Below, piece by piece: positions 25,816 to 39,089 of a DNA stretch of 64,000 nt (the stretch's first letter is position 1; each line of letters starts with the position of its first letter). The stretch is taken from positions 92,010,001-92,074,000 of the forward strand of contig NW_024704743.1 in NCBI RefSeq assembly GCF_018977255.1. The letters run 5' to 3'. The notes under the pieces were generated by a model. The model was given only the letters and a program-made list of their open reading frames with translations, searched no databases and was not told the DNA's origin. The position numbers and the translations under genes are program-made. Source of the DNA: Callorhinchus milii (Eukaryota).

Positions 25816-27256
25816 ACCCAGGTCTTCTCGCTTGCCCTAACCATTCTTCACAATCTCAGCTATTCCTAGCCAGTAGACTCTTGGAAGTTAGGATCATTTC
25901 ATATTTTTGGAGAATAATCCTGCCATTTCAGATTTGCCTGATTGAGCCAGAATTGCCAGAGACCTTAATCAGAGACTGGAACACGTGTATGGTTTGGATT
26001 CACCGCAAAGGAACAAACACTGTTATTAAGATAGGTACCTTGCTGGTTCATGATTACGAGCTCTGACAGCATGAAAACTACAACCAGGTTTTATTGCAGA
26101 TTATTCCAGTCTCAGCAGCACTCTCTTTTCACTACTAAACAACATCAGATAACATTGTTGACCTGTGGAAGGGTTTTGATTATTGTTAACAGAATTAACA
26201 GTGGTATTTCATCAACTGGCAGAAAAAGTGATTTTTTCTAAACTTGCAATGGTGTTGCCCAGAATACACAATGAGGATTTTATGTGAAATTGCTGCAAAG
26301 CCCCATGGCTGTGTAACACACTTGTAAATCTTGTTGAACGGTCAAGCCATTTAATTCAGCTACTGTTATAGTAAAGAGCCTGTCCCAGTCAAAGCTAAAC
26401 TGGTGGCTGAGATGAGTTACACTAAGCTACCCATCAAAGTAGGAATAGCAACTAAAATCAATAGGAGTCAGGGGATCCAAGGAAGCAAACAGAACAGAAA
26501 GCTATTGGGAATCTCACATCCTTACTTAATTATCTTACTTATCCAAAGGAAAATCTAGTTCTGCAAAATGTATTTCACAAGGTTTTCACTAATTAAAGGC
26601 CTGATTTCGCTCAGAGAAAGTTGATATTTTTAGGCCTCACTTCTACTGGATGAATGTATCAATGAAACTGCAAAATTATTATCTTCAAGCCAATATTCCT
26701 CCTCCCCACACCGACACCATCACCCTACCCACACATACAGACTCACACGTTCACTCATACCTGCACACAAACTTAATGCACAGATTTATACAAAAAAAAC
26801 ACATGCAGCGAGAAAATATTTGTGAGATTCCAACAATGTAAGAATCAAAATCTGCAACCTTAGAAAAATGAAATATTGATACATAATAATAAGAATTCCT
26901 GCATTTAATATAGTACCTTCCCTGTTGGAAAAAGCATTTCAAAGGGCTCTACAGGATTTACTGTGAAGTGTAGTGACTGTATTTTGTAGGTGAATACCTT
27001 TGCACGCTGCAATGTCCTATGAACAGCTGTGAAGTGCATGATCAATTTTATCTAAGGGATTGTTGACCAGGATAGTGAGAAGCTCCATACACTGTGCATA
27101 ATCACATTTTACTTATTTCAAACATTTGGATCTTATAGGTAGGTTAGGTATGGACTGCATGGTCTAATAAACTGTTTGACTCAAGTGGAAGCATGCTCAC
27201 CTCTGGGTCAAACACTCCATATCAGAACCTGAGCTCAAAAGTCCAGACTGATAATC

Positions 27257-27808
27257 CAACAACAACAACAACAAGATTACATTTGTATAGCACCTTTCAT
27301 GTCGGGAGGACATCCCAAGGCACTGGAGAATCAGTGTTTCGGACCCGAGCTGGGGGTCAGGATTGGGGAGGGTGGAGAGCATGGGGGAGGAAGGAGGGTG
27401 ATCGAAAGCATGGTTGAAGAGGAAGGTCTTGAGACTGGTCTTGAAGGAGTCAAGGGAGGGGGCAAGGCGGAGGGACTGCAGGATGGAGTTCCAGAGGGTG
27501 GGGGCAGAATGGCTGAAGGCCCGCCCGCCAATAGGGGGCAGGTGAAGGGAGGGGATGTGAAGCAGGCTGGAGCCCACTGAGCGGAGAGCGCGGACAGGTT
27601 GGTAGGTGGTTAGGAGGACGCGGAGGTAGGGGTGAGCAAGGCCATGAAGGGCTTTGAAGGTGAAAACCAGGATCTTTAATTGTATCCCCTGTGTAATGAG
27701 AAGCCAGTGGAGTCGGGTGAGGATGGGGGCTGATAGAGTCATGGAGCCTGGTGCGGGAGAAAACATGGGCTGCAGAGTTCTGGATGATCTGCAGTCTGTG
27801 GAGGGAGG
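27257..27808 (-). mobile_element. 5'-truncated L2 LINE
   Basis: ORF 27197-27829: PILTRLHWLLITQGIQLKILVFTFKALHGLAHPYL...GRAFSHSAPTLWNS...FKTSLKTFLF; (caa)n tail. Confidence 0.92.
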
Positions 27809-27875
27809 AATTGGATTCAGTGCAATCATGGGGGGAGTGTTGCACTTTTAGAGGAGCTGCCTTTGATTTAGTACA

Positions 27876-27922
27876 TTTATTTGTTTGTTTGTTTGTTTGT
27901 TTATTTATTTATTTATTTATTT
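27876..27922. repeat. (tttg)n(ttta)n microsatellite
   Basis: Read directly from the sequence. Confidence 0.9.
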
Positions 27923-28810
27923 AAATAATTAATTTATTGGTTTAATACATTAAACCAAGATCTTGACTGACCTTTCAGGTGATGTTAAAGATTCCATAAC
28001 ACTATTTGAAGAGACAAAATAGTTTCTCCTGGTGTCATTACCAATGGATACCTAGAGAGTCTCTTTTCTCTGTGGAGAACAACAATAGATGGTACGTGGA
28101 AAGTACAAGGAATTGGTATTAGGATGGAAGACTTTAATGCAGTGTGGGAAAACAGCTAATGGGCATTGCTAGTTATCTCTAGAGACAAACTAGTGATATA
28201 AAAGATTTCAAATGACAAAATACCTACAATTGTTCCCTCATCCTCTCCCCTCCATCCCCTACAGCCCCTCTGCAGAGAAGCCTGTTTGGTGTCAGATGAA
28301 ATATGGGAATGAAGCAGGTTAAACACAAGCAAGTTGTCAGAGTGACATAAACCTCTCTGGAGGTATGACCCAAAGACAACTGATGTAATGCTGTAACAGA
28401 AGGGTAGCATGATCTTTCCAGAGGGAACAGAACACAGGTCAGCCCTGGTTATTAAATATTTGAACAGTGGTCTCCAAGCACAAACCCACATTAAACCTGC
28501 AGTGTAGCTTGAGAAATACCTGTGCCCATGCATGAATGTGTCTACAATATGAAGCTATTAGAAAAAGGATTCGACTTAAAATTTCCCTGCGGCACTTAAG
28601 GATTAGTGTCCCATACATCAATGTCATCCTATTTTACACATAATATAAAGGCCTGACAGGGGATGTGCTCAGTGTCATCACACACCTGCGTACGAGGCAA
28701 AAACAGTTTCCACATCTTGGCCATCTGTGACATTGTACAGGGGTTACGGCCCAAAGATTGCAGGAGATGTAGAGGTTATGAATAATGAGAGGCCCTAGTG
28801 AACATCCAGT

Positions 28811-29130
28811 AATAATAATAATAATAATCCTTGCATTTGATATAGCGCTTTTCACGTAGGGAGAATGTCCCAAAGCGCTTCACAGAACACACTGTAAAGT
28901 GAATTGATTGTATAATTGTGGGCGAAACGCGGCAGCCAATTGCGCACAGCAATGTCCCACAAACAGTCGTAGATTGAAAATGACCAATTTTTATTATTGT
29001 TTTGTTTTGGAGGGATTATTATTAGGCGTGTGGAGTAAGGAAACTTGCCCAAGGTTTCGCCCTGCCGGGAATTGAACCCAGGTCTCTCGCTTGCAAAGCG
29101 AGTGCTCTAAACACTGAGCTACAGGACTCC
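28811..29130 (-). mobile_element. Young tRNA-Ala SINE, full length, CpG-intact
   Basis: Reverse complement matches 1243-1562; B box ggttcaattcc intact. Confidence 0.92.
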
Positions 29131-29749
29131 AGTACTGCTCTCTTGACGGGGTAACTGTGTGACATTAGATCTTGTTTGAACTTTTCTTTCCAATGCATCT
29201 TTTTTTTATATGCCGGAAAATAGTTTTGAGCTGAGCTGGATTGGATTCACAGCTGCATATCACTGGCATTATCATGGACAAGCATCAGTCGTAACAAGAT
29301 AAATTGTACATCAAGTGCATTTCCAGTGAAGGAAGGAAGTCGGGCTATACACACAGTACAGTTGGCATAAAACCAGAAAATACACAGCAGGTTGATCAGA
29401 AAGAAATAGATAGATTGCATTTCAAATGTGACCCTTCATCAGAACTTGCATGATTAGGGTGGAGCAGCACCTTTCATACATACAACAGTAACAAATTCAA
29501 AGAGAGCAGGGAGTTTCTCCTGGTATTGTGGGCAATGAGATACCTGGAGAAACTCTATTTTCTGTGGAAGAAGGGCATTAGAGGGTGTGTGGAAAGAACA
29601 GCGAAAAAATAGTTATTATGCATTGCTAGTTGTCTCTGGAGACAAACTAGTGATATACTGCCAATAGATCCCTTATGTATATCTATTGTGAAATCTATTA
29701 ACCCTGAATGTTTTATTTCTTTTTGAAAGTCTTTGTGGTTTGTACCAGC

Positions 29750-30175
29750 TGTCAGCTGTGTGTCTGATACATGGAGAAACTCATTACTATGCTTAAAGGG
29801 TAACTAAACCAGACTGAGAATTCCACAATAAATATGCCACCTGCACATGGAAATTTCCCTGTATCTGGAATGGAATGCACACGCTCTCCTTAGAGCAATG
29901 CACTCTGCTTACTTGATTCCAGTTTATTAAGCACACATTGGCAAGACCCAAGACTTGGGGACCCCAGATGGGTGTCAGGGTACACTTGACATTTTGCTAA
30001 GTCCATATAGCTTGCCATTGAAAGCTTGTCCAACATGAACTGCCCTATGCATTAGGGTTTTGGCTTGCAGGATTAACAATAACAAGTAGGAAGAATCCCT
30101 GCTTCCAGTGACTGATCTGCCCCTCCAGTCCTACCAGTGAGACAGGCTGACTGGTCTGTCATCAGCAAGTCTATC
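29750..30175 (+). repeat. Unclassified ~450-bp dispersed repeat, most complete copy
   Basis: Carries both the 5' block (gtcagctgtgtgtctgatacatgg) and the 3' block (ctgtcatcagcaag). Confidence 0.8.
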
Positions 30176-30504
30176 AAGATTACCACAAAGGATTGATTCA
30201 ATTCTACATTTCAATTGCCAAGCATATCATCATGTCATCTTGCTCTGCTAATAGCTCAGTTCATGTGCCTTATCATTTTTTTACATTAAAAAATCACAGT
30301 TTCTTTTCTCTTTGTTACATTTATTTTGACACTCCCCCACTTGCTCCACCCCAAGCATGTTCTTGAATTTGTGCATGGCAGAAAAACATATATTGATCCA
30401 ATTTTTCAAATTGTATATACTATTATATGCTTGGGCTACTGAGGCTGACACCACAACAACATATAAAAGGAAAAATGGATAGACATTTAAAGAGGAAAAA
30501 TATA

Positions 30505-30606
30505 AAAGGGAAAACAAACGTCACTGGGAACACTCAGCAGGTTAGGCAGCATCTATGAAGAGAGAAAAGTGAGTTAACGTTTTCAGGTTGATGACCTTTC
30601 GTGAGA
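30505..30606 (-). mobile_element. Penelope-type short repeat with mutated hammerhead motif
   Basis: Reverse complement ctcacgaaaggtcatcaacctgaaaacgttaactcac...agatgctgcctaacctgctgagtgttccc. Confidence 0.7.
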
Positions 30607-31624
30607 TTTCAGGAGTGGAGAATTAGATTAGGGTAGTTAACTCCATTAGATGAGTTAGCACCAGTTTTGACTCAATGGGCCAAATAACCCCTGTGCTAAA
30701 ATCTTTATGATTCTTTATGGTCTCACCCAGGCCATGTATGGTTTTAATATCAATTCTCTTGTCCTATACGTTACTCACTTAGCTGTACATCCTGACATGT
30801 TTTCTTTGTGATTGTCTGAGTACGTTCTACCAATCATATAGTGATTGTCCACCAAAACCCTAGGATCTCTCTCCTCTTCTGACACCCCTAAATTCCTATT
30901 CAGTACATATTCTGTTTGCCTACAAATACACAGTCACTATACTGCGAAGTGCTTCACGGTGTCTTGATGACATGATAAGGCACTTTATCAAATGCAACGA
31001 TTATTAGGATTAATATTATTATTCGAAACTGCCCTTCCTGTTGGCAAAATGTTTGAACACAGACAGTTATATAATAATAATCCTTGCGTTTAATGTAGTG
31101 CCTTATCATGTCTTTGAGATGTCTCAAAGCGCTTCACAGAATACACTGTAAAGTGAATTGACTATATTTTGTGAGCGAATGCAACAATTCTTGAATGCAG
31201 CAATATGTAACATTTCAAAATGTGTAAAATTTGATAAATTCTTAAATACAATATAAATTAATTTTGAAGCCGATTTTATGTAAGTTTCTTTTAAGAACCA
31301 CAGAAAAATTACTTAAAAGTTAAGACTAAATTCAATAATTTACCAAATTCTGCACACTCTAAAATGTTGCATAGAGCAACTCCAGGCCCAGGTGAGATTT
31401 CTCTCCATTACCAAAATAAATGGTTGAAGCAATGTCCGACAAGATTTTAAAAAGGAATTAGGTAATATTTGAAAAAATATAAAAGTGTATGGGGAAAAGG
31501 AAGAGGAATGGGACAAAATATTTGACACAAGCACAATGGGTCGAAAGATTTCATTCTGGGCTGTTTAATTCTGGGAGTCTAAATCTCATTGCTTTAAATA
31601 TCTCTATATTATTCTTCTTCACCT

Positions 31625-32770
31625 TCTGGAACACTTGTGGTGAATGCTTTAATGAAAACCAGGTAAATGACATCCACCGGCTCCCAACAATCTGCAAAAA
31701 CATCAAAGAAATCCAATATATTTAATATGTGTGCCCTCCCTCTTCTGAGGACTCGCTGACTCTCCCTAATTAACCTATGCCCTTCAAGATTATCCATTAC
31801 ATTATCCTTCATCATCATTTTAAACAGCTTTCCCATAATCAACATAAGGATAATTTATTTGATAACGGCTCACCCAAAGCCCTTTTTTTAAAGATGAGAA
31901 TCATGTTTCCTATTTTTCGGTCCTCTGAGTTTTAACCCAAACCCAGTTTGCTTTGAACAATATCCGTGAACGGACTCACAATCACCTGAGCCAATTCATT
32001 TGAAAGCTTCAGGTGAAAGTTGTTAAAGGCTTATCTGCCTGAATATCTGCAACCTCTCCAAAACATCCATTGTGATCTTAATGGTTTTAAAGCTACGTTC
32101 ACCTTGAAACTTTACCTCTGCATTTAGCTTGCTCTTCCCCTTTCATTTGTAAACATTTTAAAAATATGGTTAGTGGCTTACTAAACTGGGCAGATTCTCT
32201 ATCTCTAGATCTTAACTTTCCCTTGTCATTTCTCAGTGCCCGGCTTCTCTCTCTGTAGCCTTTGTTTGCTTCCTATATACCTTAAACAGTCTTTGCTATT
32301 CTCTGTGTTGTTTGCAGCATATTCCCTCTTTGCACCATTGTCAATTTCTTGGTTATCCTCAGCCTGTCTGTATAGATCTTCCTTTCCTGTTCCTTTAAAC
32401 CCTTACACATCTTCTCCTTCTCCCAAATGCCTGCAATAACTTTGTTCATCAGCTACACTGGTTTCACACGTCTACTTGCCCGACAATTTATTTCTGCAAT
32501 GAATTTGTTCTGTATTTTTTTAAAAAAATCTCTTTAAAAGTTTCCTATGAATCTTTTCCTTTTACTATCTTTGTTTCCTTTTTAAATGTTTTCATCTATT
32601 TCCTCATTCCCTCAAAGTCAACCATTTTATGTTCCAGTCTATCCTGAAATTAACAATCCCAGATTATAGTCACTAACCAAAGATCTTCCTTTATTGCTAC
32701 TTTTTCTGTCACATTTCATAGGAAAAAGCATTCATTTTCTTGATCGCTAAGTCTAACATTGGCTACCTTG
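31625..32770 (-). mobile_element. Decayed CR1 ORF2 fragment (RT region and upstream)
   Basis: ORF 31609-31845 LEGHRLIRESQR..RRGRAHILNILDFFD...PVDVIYLVFIKAF resembles the CR1 RT at 58.1 kb. The extent beyond ~32.1 kb is uncertain. Confidence 0.7.
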
Positions 32771-35439
32771 CACTCATCATCGCTGTCTGCTAATTTGCCT
32801 TGACTAACAAAGCTCATTTATATGATTGCTAGACATGTGTGCATTGGCATGACAGTAGACTTTGTATGGAGCCAGAAAAAATATAACATTTTGCAGAAAT
32901 GTAGGAAATCCAATTAAAATTTCACATGACCCAAGAAAGTATCAAGATTTCTTTTCCACATGCCACTCGTGTTCTCTTTGCACGTGGTGCACACATCTCA
33001 AATATCAGATCCGACAGCTGACTTTAATTTATTACTGCCTGTAGCCTCTGGCTTTTGACTGCAATCTATGTTTCAACCGTTGAAATCAAGCCACAGAACT
33101 AATGCATCTGTTCTACTCCTGACACCAGGGCAGTTTTGACTTCAGGTTCCGAATAGATCTTGGAAAATCAGATCAGTTATATTTAATACTGGCAACAGGG
33201 TTTTGGGAGTGGGTGGATATTAGCAGAGCTCCATGCCTGTGCCCTGACTGGCTACACATACAAAGCTGACTGATACATAGAAAACTTGTACTGAGTAACA
33301 ATATATTGGAGGAAGTGTTAAGATTGCAAAGATCTTCAAGTTAATGTTGTTCTGGCACCATGAAGCTTCATCCAACATCTCAGCAGAATGACTGCAATTT
33401 TCAAAAGTCATATTTATAATAAAAATAATAATAATTTGGTCACTCAATTCATGACTGTTTGTGGGACACTGCTGTGCACAATTGGCTCTGCTTTTTGCTT
33501 TCAAAACATACAGTCAATTCACTTTACAGTATATTCTGTGAAGCGCTTTGAGACAACTTGATGATATGATAAGGCGCTATTTCAATTGCAAGGATTATTA
33601 TTATTACTTATTCACTTATTGTTGATACTGTTAAAATACCCAATCTGCTAATCTCAGTTCTTAATCAAATCTACAACTTCAATAAACTCCTTATATGTGA
33701 TAATGTTTGTTAATAATTTCAAGTGAGTGTGATATATCTGCTGGCTGTAAAGATACAAGATAGACTCCAGTAGGAGACAAAGATAGCCATGTTTCTTAAA
33801 TCCAGAGTTATATCAATTATAACAATTCTTGCATTTGGTATTGCACCCTATCACATCATCAACACATCTCAAAGTGCTTCACAAGATTTTATCTGTAATG
33901 TAAGTGTAATACCTGTTAATGTATAGGCAAACATGACATTCTGCTACGGCTTAATGATTATCTTTTTTACATAGTGCTCAGATGTGGCTATTCAAAACTC
34001 TGCACAATGATCCAAAGGTTTTCTGTGGAAAGTACGTGTGATGTCTCCGGTGTTAGTTCTGAAATATCTTTTGACAGATGAATCTTCCTCAAAACATTGC
34101 AACAATATTTCTTAAATCTAAAAATAGAAAAGCCACAGCACATTCCAACTTTTCTTCATGTTCATATGTCCTGTGCAATCATCTGAAGGTATTACTTTTT
34201 TATTCATAGTTTGTCCTTTGCACACATTTTGGCAAACTGATACTGAGACATGTTGCATTGTTTTATTCTTTATTGAGCGAACAGCTTCAATCACAGAGGA
34301 GACAACTACACAGATACAGTTTGTTTATTACTTTTTCTCAGAGCAATAAGTTTTTATTTTCTTGTGAATTTTTTCTAGTTCTTGAAGAAGCAGCATTTTC
34401 CTTTCTTCCTGCATTACCAGCCTTTTAAACCCAGTTTGTATGTACAGCGTGCCTCTCAGCGTGTTCTGTTTTAGAAGGTTTTGTCTGATTTGGCATTTTT
34501 TTCTTTCCCCTTGGTGTTCCTGACAACGCTTCAGAAAATTCAAGAGAGCTCAGAGGCAAAAAGCACAATGATATCCTCAAAACACATGTGGCATATGTAT
34601 CCATTCGATGAGCGTGCACTGAGAACAAAGCAGCATGATGCAGAGCAGGCAGCACATCAAGCAGTGATAAACAGTTTTTGCCAAACATCTGAATCAATGC
34701 TTTATACCTTTGTATGCATCACTAAAGCTCTCGTCACTCTTTTTCACTGGAATGTTTTATGCAGCAGTAAAAATGGACTTTCATCAGACTGAAATCCCAT
34801 CACTATAAGTGGGTATGACGCATAATAGTTCAGGAATTGCAGTCCGGCTAAAGCTAATTGTGTTCTTCCCTCCTTTCTACAAATAATTGGTCTATGAATG
34901 TTTTTAATCCATTGGCATTAAAACCTTACAACCGTATTAAACCTGTGTAAAATGAAAACTACTTTTACCACCAAATTTCAATTTTATGGATAGGTGGGCA
35001 TTATCTACATGGTATTAGATTAAAACTTAAAACTGCTTCCAGCCAGATTAGCATTCCTGTTACTATGTATATAAATACTTGACGGATAAATTCCTCTGCG
35101 TTACCAAAACATGTGTATTGCATACTTAAGGGCGTTCTATTGTTTTATCTGACTACTATTCTATCAGCTTGGCTCAATTAATACAAGCCTTGCCTTTGGG
35201 TCAGAAGGACGTGGGTCCTACTTCTGAATCTCAAACTTCTAGTTCAGGCTAGCCATTGTTATTTTGGTTCTACTGGTAAAGTGATCCGTTATAACACTGT
35301 TGTGATGGAAAAAGTAGCTTGTCTGGTTCCACGATCTCTTCACCTCTGTTTGCAGATTTATATGTGTGTGTTTGTGCATTTGCATGAGTATACCAACCAA
35401 GACTGATGCAAAGAATTAATCATTATATCCATTCTTTAT

Positions 35440-36560
35440 CCACTGTTTCTCCTCTCAGCTCCATCCTTATGATTCTGCTCTGTCCTGATATCATTCTTAC
35501 CTCTCCCAACATCTCTTTGTCTCTTCAAATGGTTTCTCCTCCCACCACCATGTTGTCCCATGCAGCGTTGGTCAGGGCTCTATCCTCAGTCCTCTCCTTT
35601 TTAATATCTTCATGGTCTGCACGTGTATGCACATGTCTCCCCAATTCTGTCTCTCTATCTCCAACCTCAACCTACAACCACTGCTGTTCTAACCGACTGC
35701 CTGCTGGACATCAATAGATGAGCTCTAGCTTTCTTCAGTTGAACACCAACAAAACAGAGGCTCTCTTGTTTAGCTCCTGTCATTGCCTTTTCAACATAGG
35801 CACTGACAGCATCAAACTATTTGGATGTACTCTCCACCTTGAAGAGCCTATGAGGAACCTCTGGTCTTGTTCAACTCTGTTGTCCTTTAAATCTTACATC
35901 CATGCTTCGACCTGCTCAGCTTTCCCCCACTTCCGTAACATTGTCTGCATCCACCACTACCTCTCTCTTCGGACCGCTGAGATCCTAATCAATGCATTCA
36001 TCATGTCCAGGTTAGATTAAACCAACTCTGATTGCCAGACTACCTACCTCTTCCCTTCGTGAGCTGCATACTATCCAGAACTCTGCAGTTCATGTCCTTT
36101 ACCGCACTATGAGCTATCACCTTCACAAAAGGCCACTGGCTGGATCGAGTTCAGGATCTTCGTTCTAACCATTGAATCCTTCCATGATCTTGTCTCTCTC
36201 TGTCTCTGCGACATCTTCAAACCATATCAACCCGACTGCTCCTTTCGTTCAACGGGCACCAGCCTGCTTCATGTCCCCTGCCCCACTGTCAGTGGTCAGT
36301 TTCAGTGTATTTGCTCCTACTCTGGATCGCTATCCCAGCATCCCTCCAGCTCAACCATTCCCTCACCTCCTTCAAGGTCCAACTCAAGACTTTCCTCTTT
36401 GACTGCACTTTCAGTAATCTTCCCCTCCTCACCACCCCTCAAACCTCCTATCCCCTTTGCCCCCACCCCCAGCACGGGTGCAAACCCTTGACTTACCAGC
36501 ATCTTGGGAATTCATCCCAACAGGAAAAGGTCTATATAAATGTAAATTTGTATTGTATTA
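35440..36560 (+). mobile_element. Decayed L2 LINE (RT to tail)
   Basis: FLQLNTNKTEALLF...AEILINAFIMSRLD and SFKVQLKTFLF, followed by an L2 tail. Confidence 0.85.
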
Positions 36561-37335
36561 TTTCTTGGTCCCAGCTTCCCACTGTTTATAAGTGGATCAA
36601 TAGAAAGCAGATCAATACTTTCATGCTATGTTGCATATGTGTATAAAAGAGCTCATATTGTTAGAGAGATGTTCTTATCAATCTTAGGTACCATGTTTCA
36701 CACTGCTTCTCTATATTTTTCATTTGTTTTTGCTTAACTTTATGAAGGGACCATGCAACACTCTGCATCTTGTTGTTGTTGCATGATCAGAAATTGGAAC
36801 ATTGCATTCCTGTTATAAGAATGAGGTTTGTCAATTTCATATGCACAGAGTGTAAAATATAACATAGAACATGGGTTCACATCATAATAATACATACCTT
36901 TAATATAGTGTTTTATGACCTCCCAAACTCTCACAGTATTTTACAGGTAATTGCTGTAAAGTGAAATTATATTTGTCGATGAAGGCAGCAATCACTTTGC
37001 GCACAGTAATGTTGTACAAACATTTATCTAAATCCTGGAAATTCCAGCTATTCCAAATTGTCCATTTGCATCTTGATTTGGAATTATGATTTGCTTCAGA
37101 GATCTCTGTAAGACCTCTCCATTGGGGAGAAATACCACTTGTGTATAGGTTTATTCTATTTTCTTAGCATTTCAGATTGTGCAAGATTTGGTAAATTATT
37201 GATTTGGTCTTAACTTTAAAGTCATTTTCTGTAATCCTTAAAATAATTTATAGAACACCAGCTTCAAAATTAAGACAGTATTTAAGAATTGCTAAATACC
37301 GCGAATGCTGAGAAATGCTGCAGAAATAGAGTAAA

Positions 37336-37608
37336 TCAACAACAACAACAAGATTCCATTTATAAAGCGCCTTTCACGTCAGCAGGACGTCCCAAGGCGC
37401 TGCACAGTTGGGTCATGACCCAAGCAGGGGGGAAATGGTCAGGGTGAGGGGAGGGAAGGGAGGGAGCGAGGAGGGGGGAAATGGTCAGGGTGAGGGGAGG
37501 GGAGGGAGCGAGGAGGGGGGAAATGGTCAGGATGAGAGGAGGGATGGGAGGGAGCGAGAAGGGGGAAGAGAGTCGAGAGGGGAGCTGAAGGCACGGTCAA
37601 AGAGAAAA
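37336..37608 (-). mobile_element. Young L2 3' end with ~42-bp tandem units
   Basis: Reverse complement nearly identical to 38860-39089. Confidence 0.9.
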
Positions 37609-38253
37609 TCTAGATCTAGCTGAGATTTGTCCCCAGACATCTGGCAAGATTCCATTGAGTAAAGCAGCAGTAGTCTAGCTGTGCTGTGAGATTTGCTGAA
37701 ACAAATAAATAGAGCCTGCACATGGAGAAAACTCATCTGAAAGTCTTCCTGGTGCCAATCTTCTTATCCAGGGGTAATAATCCCTCAAAAAATAATTGGT
37801 CACTCAATCTACGACTGTTTGTGGGCCACTGCTGTGCGCAGTTGGCTGCTGCGTTTCGCCCACACAGTACACACACACACAATGCACAGTCACTCCACTT
37901 TACAATATATTCTATGAAACATTTTGAGACATCTCAATGATGTGAAAAGGTGCTATGTCAATTGCAAGGATTAATAATGTGTTTCAGCCTGGCTCAGTTG
38001 GTAGCACTCTCGCCTCTGAAGGTTGTGGGTTTAAGCCCCACATTGGGACTTTGAACTCATATAGTCTTGGTTGACACAGCAATGTAGTGCGAGGGATGTA
38101 TTACATTGTTGAAGGTGCCATCCTTCACATGAGACATTAACCCTGTTCAAGTGGACATGAAAGATAAACTACAGCTTTTCCCTCCATATTGCTCGGCATT
38201 TTAATCCCTAATGAAAGAACTTACTGAACGCAGTTATTACCATCTTTAGTTAC

Positions 38254-39089
38254 TTTCACCTCTCAAAGCCAGTCAGGAACCTCGGCGTTTTGTTCGACCC
38301 TGAGCTGTCCTTTCGCCCTCACATCCGCACCATAACTGGCACCGCCTTTCATCACCTCCGGAACATCACCAGACTACGGCATTACCTCACCCCTCACGCT
38401 GCTGAAACCCTGGTTCACGCCTTTGTCACCTCAAGGCTGGACTACGGGAACTCTCTCCTCGCCGGCCTTCCCGCACCTCCCTCCACAAGCTGCAGGTCAT
38501 TCAGAACTCTGCAGCTCGTGTACTGTCCCGCACCAGGCTTCGGACCACATCACTCCCACCCTCGCTCGCCTCCACTGGCTCCCCATCCCCCAGAGGATTG
38601 ATTTCAAGATCCTCATCCTCACCTACAAGGCCATTCACGGCCTTGCTCCCTCCTACCTCTCCAACCTACTATCCCCCTACCTACCTGCCCGTACCCTCCG
38701 TTCCTCTGGCTCCGGTCTGCTCCACGTCCCCCGCCCCAACCGCCCTACCATCGGTGGTCGGGCCTTCAGCCTCTCAGCCCCCAGGCTCTGGAACTCCATC
38801 CCCCAGTGCCTTCGCCGCCTCCTCTCTTTCCTCCTTCAAGGCCGGTCTCAAAACCTTTCTCTTTGACCGAGCCTTCAGCTCCCCTCTCGACTCTCTTCCC
38901 CCTCCTCGCTCCCTCCCTTCCCTCCCCTCACCCTGACCATTTCCCCCCTCCTTGCTCCCTCCCTTCCCTCCCCTCACCCTGACCATTTCCCCCCTGCTCG
39001 GGTCATGACCCAACTGTGCAGCGCCTTGGGACGTCCTCCTGACGTGAAAGGCGCTTTATAAATGGAATCTTGTTGTTGTTGTTGTTGTT
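38254..39089 (+). mobile_element. Young 5'-truncated L2 LINE
   Basis: [11 protein letters not shown]...[47 protein letters not shown]...LWNSIP. Frameshifted; (tgt)n tail; CpG-rich. Confidence 0.95.

Noticed and set aside
34328..34792. Overlapping ORFs of 71-103 aa as a host exon
   Set aside because: No recognisable domain or convincing splice sites.
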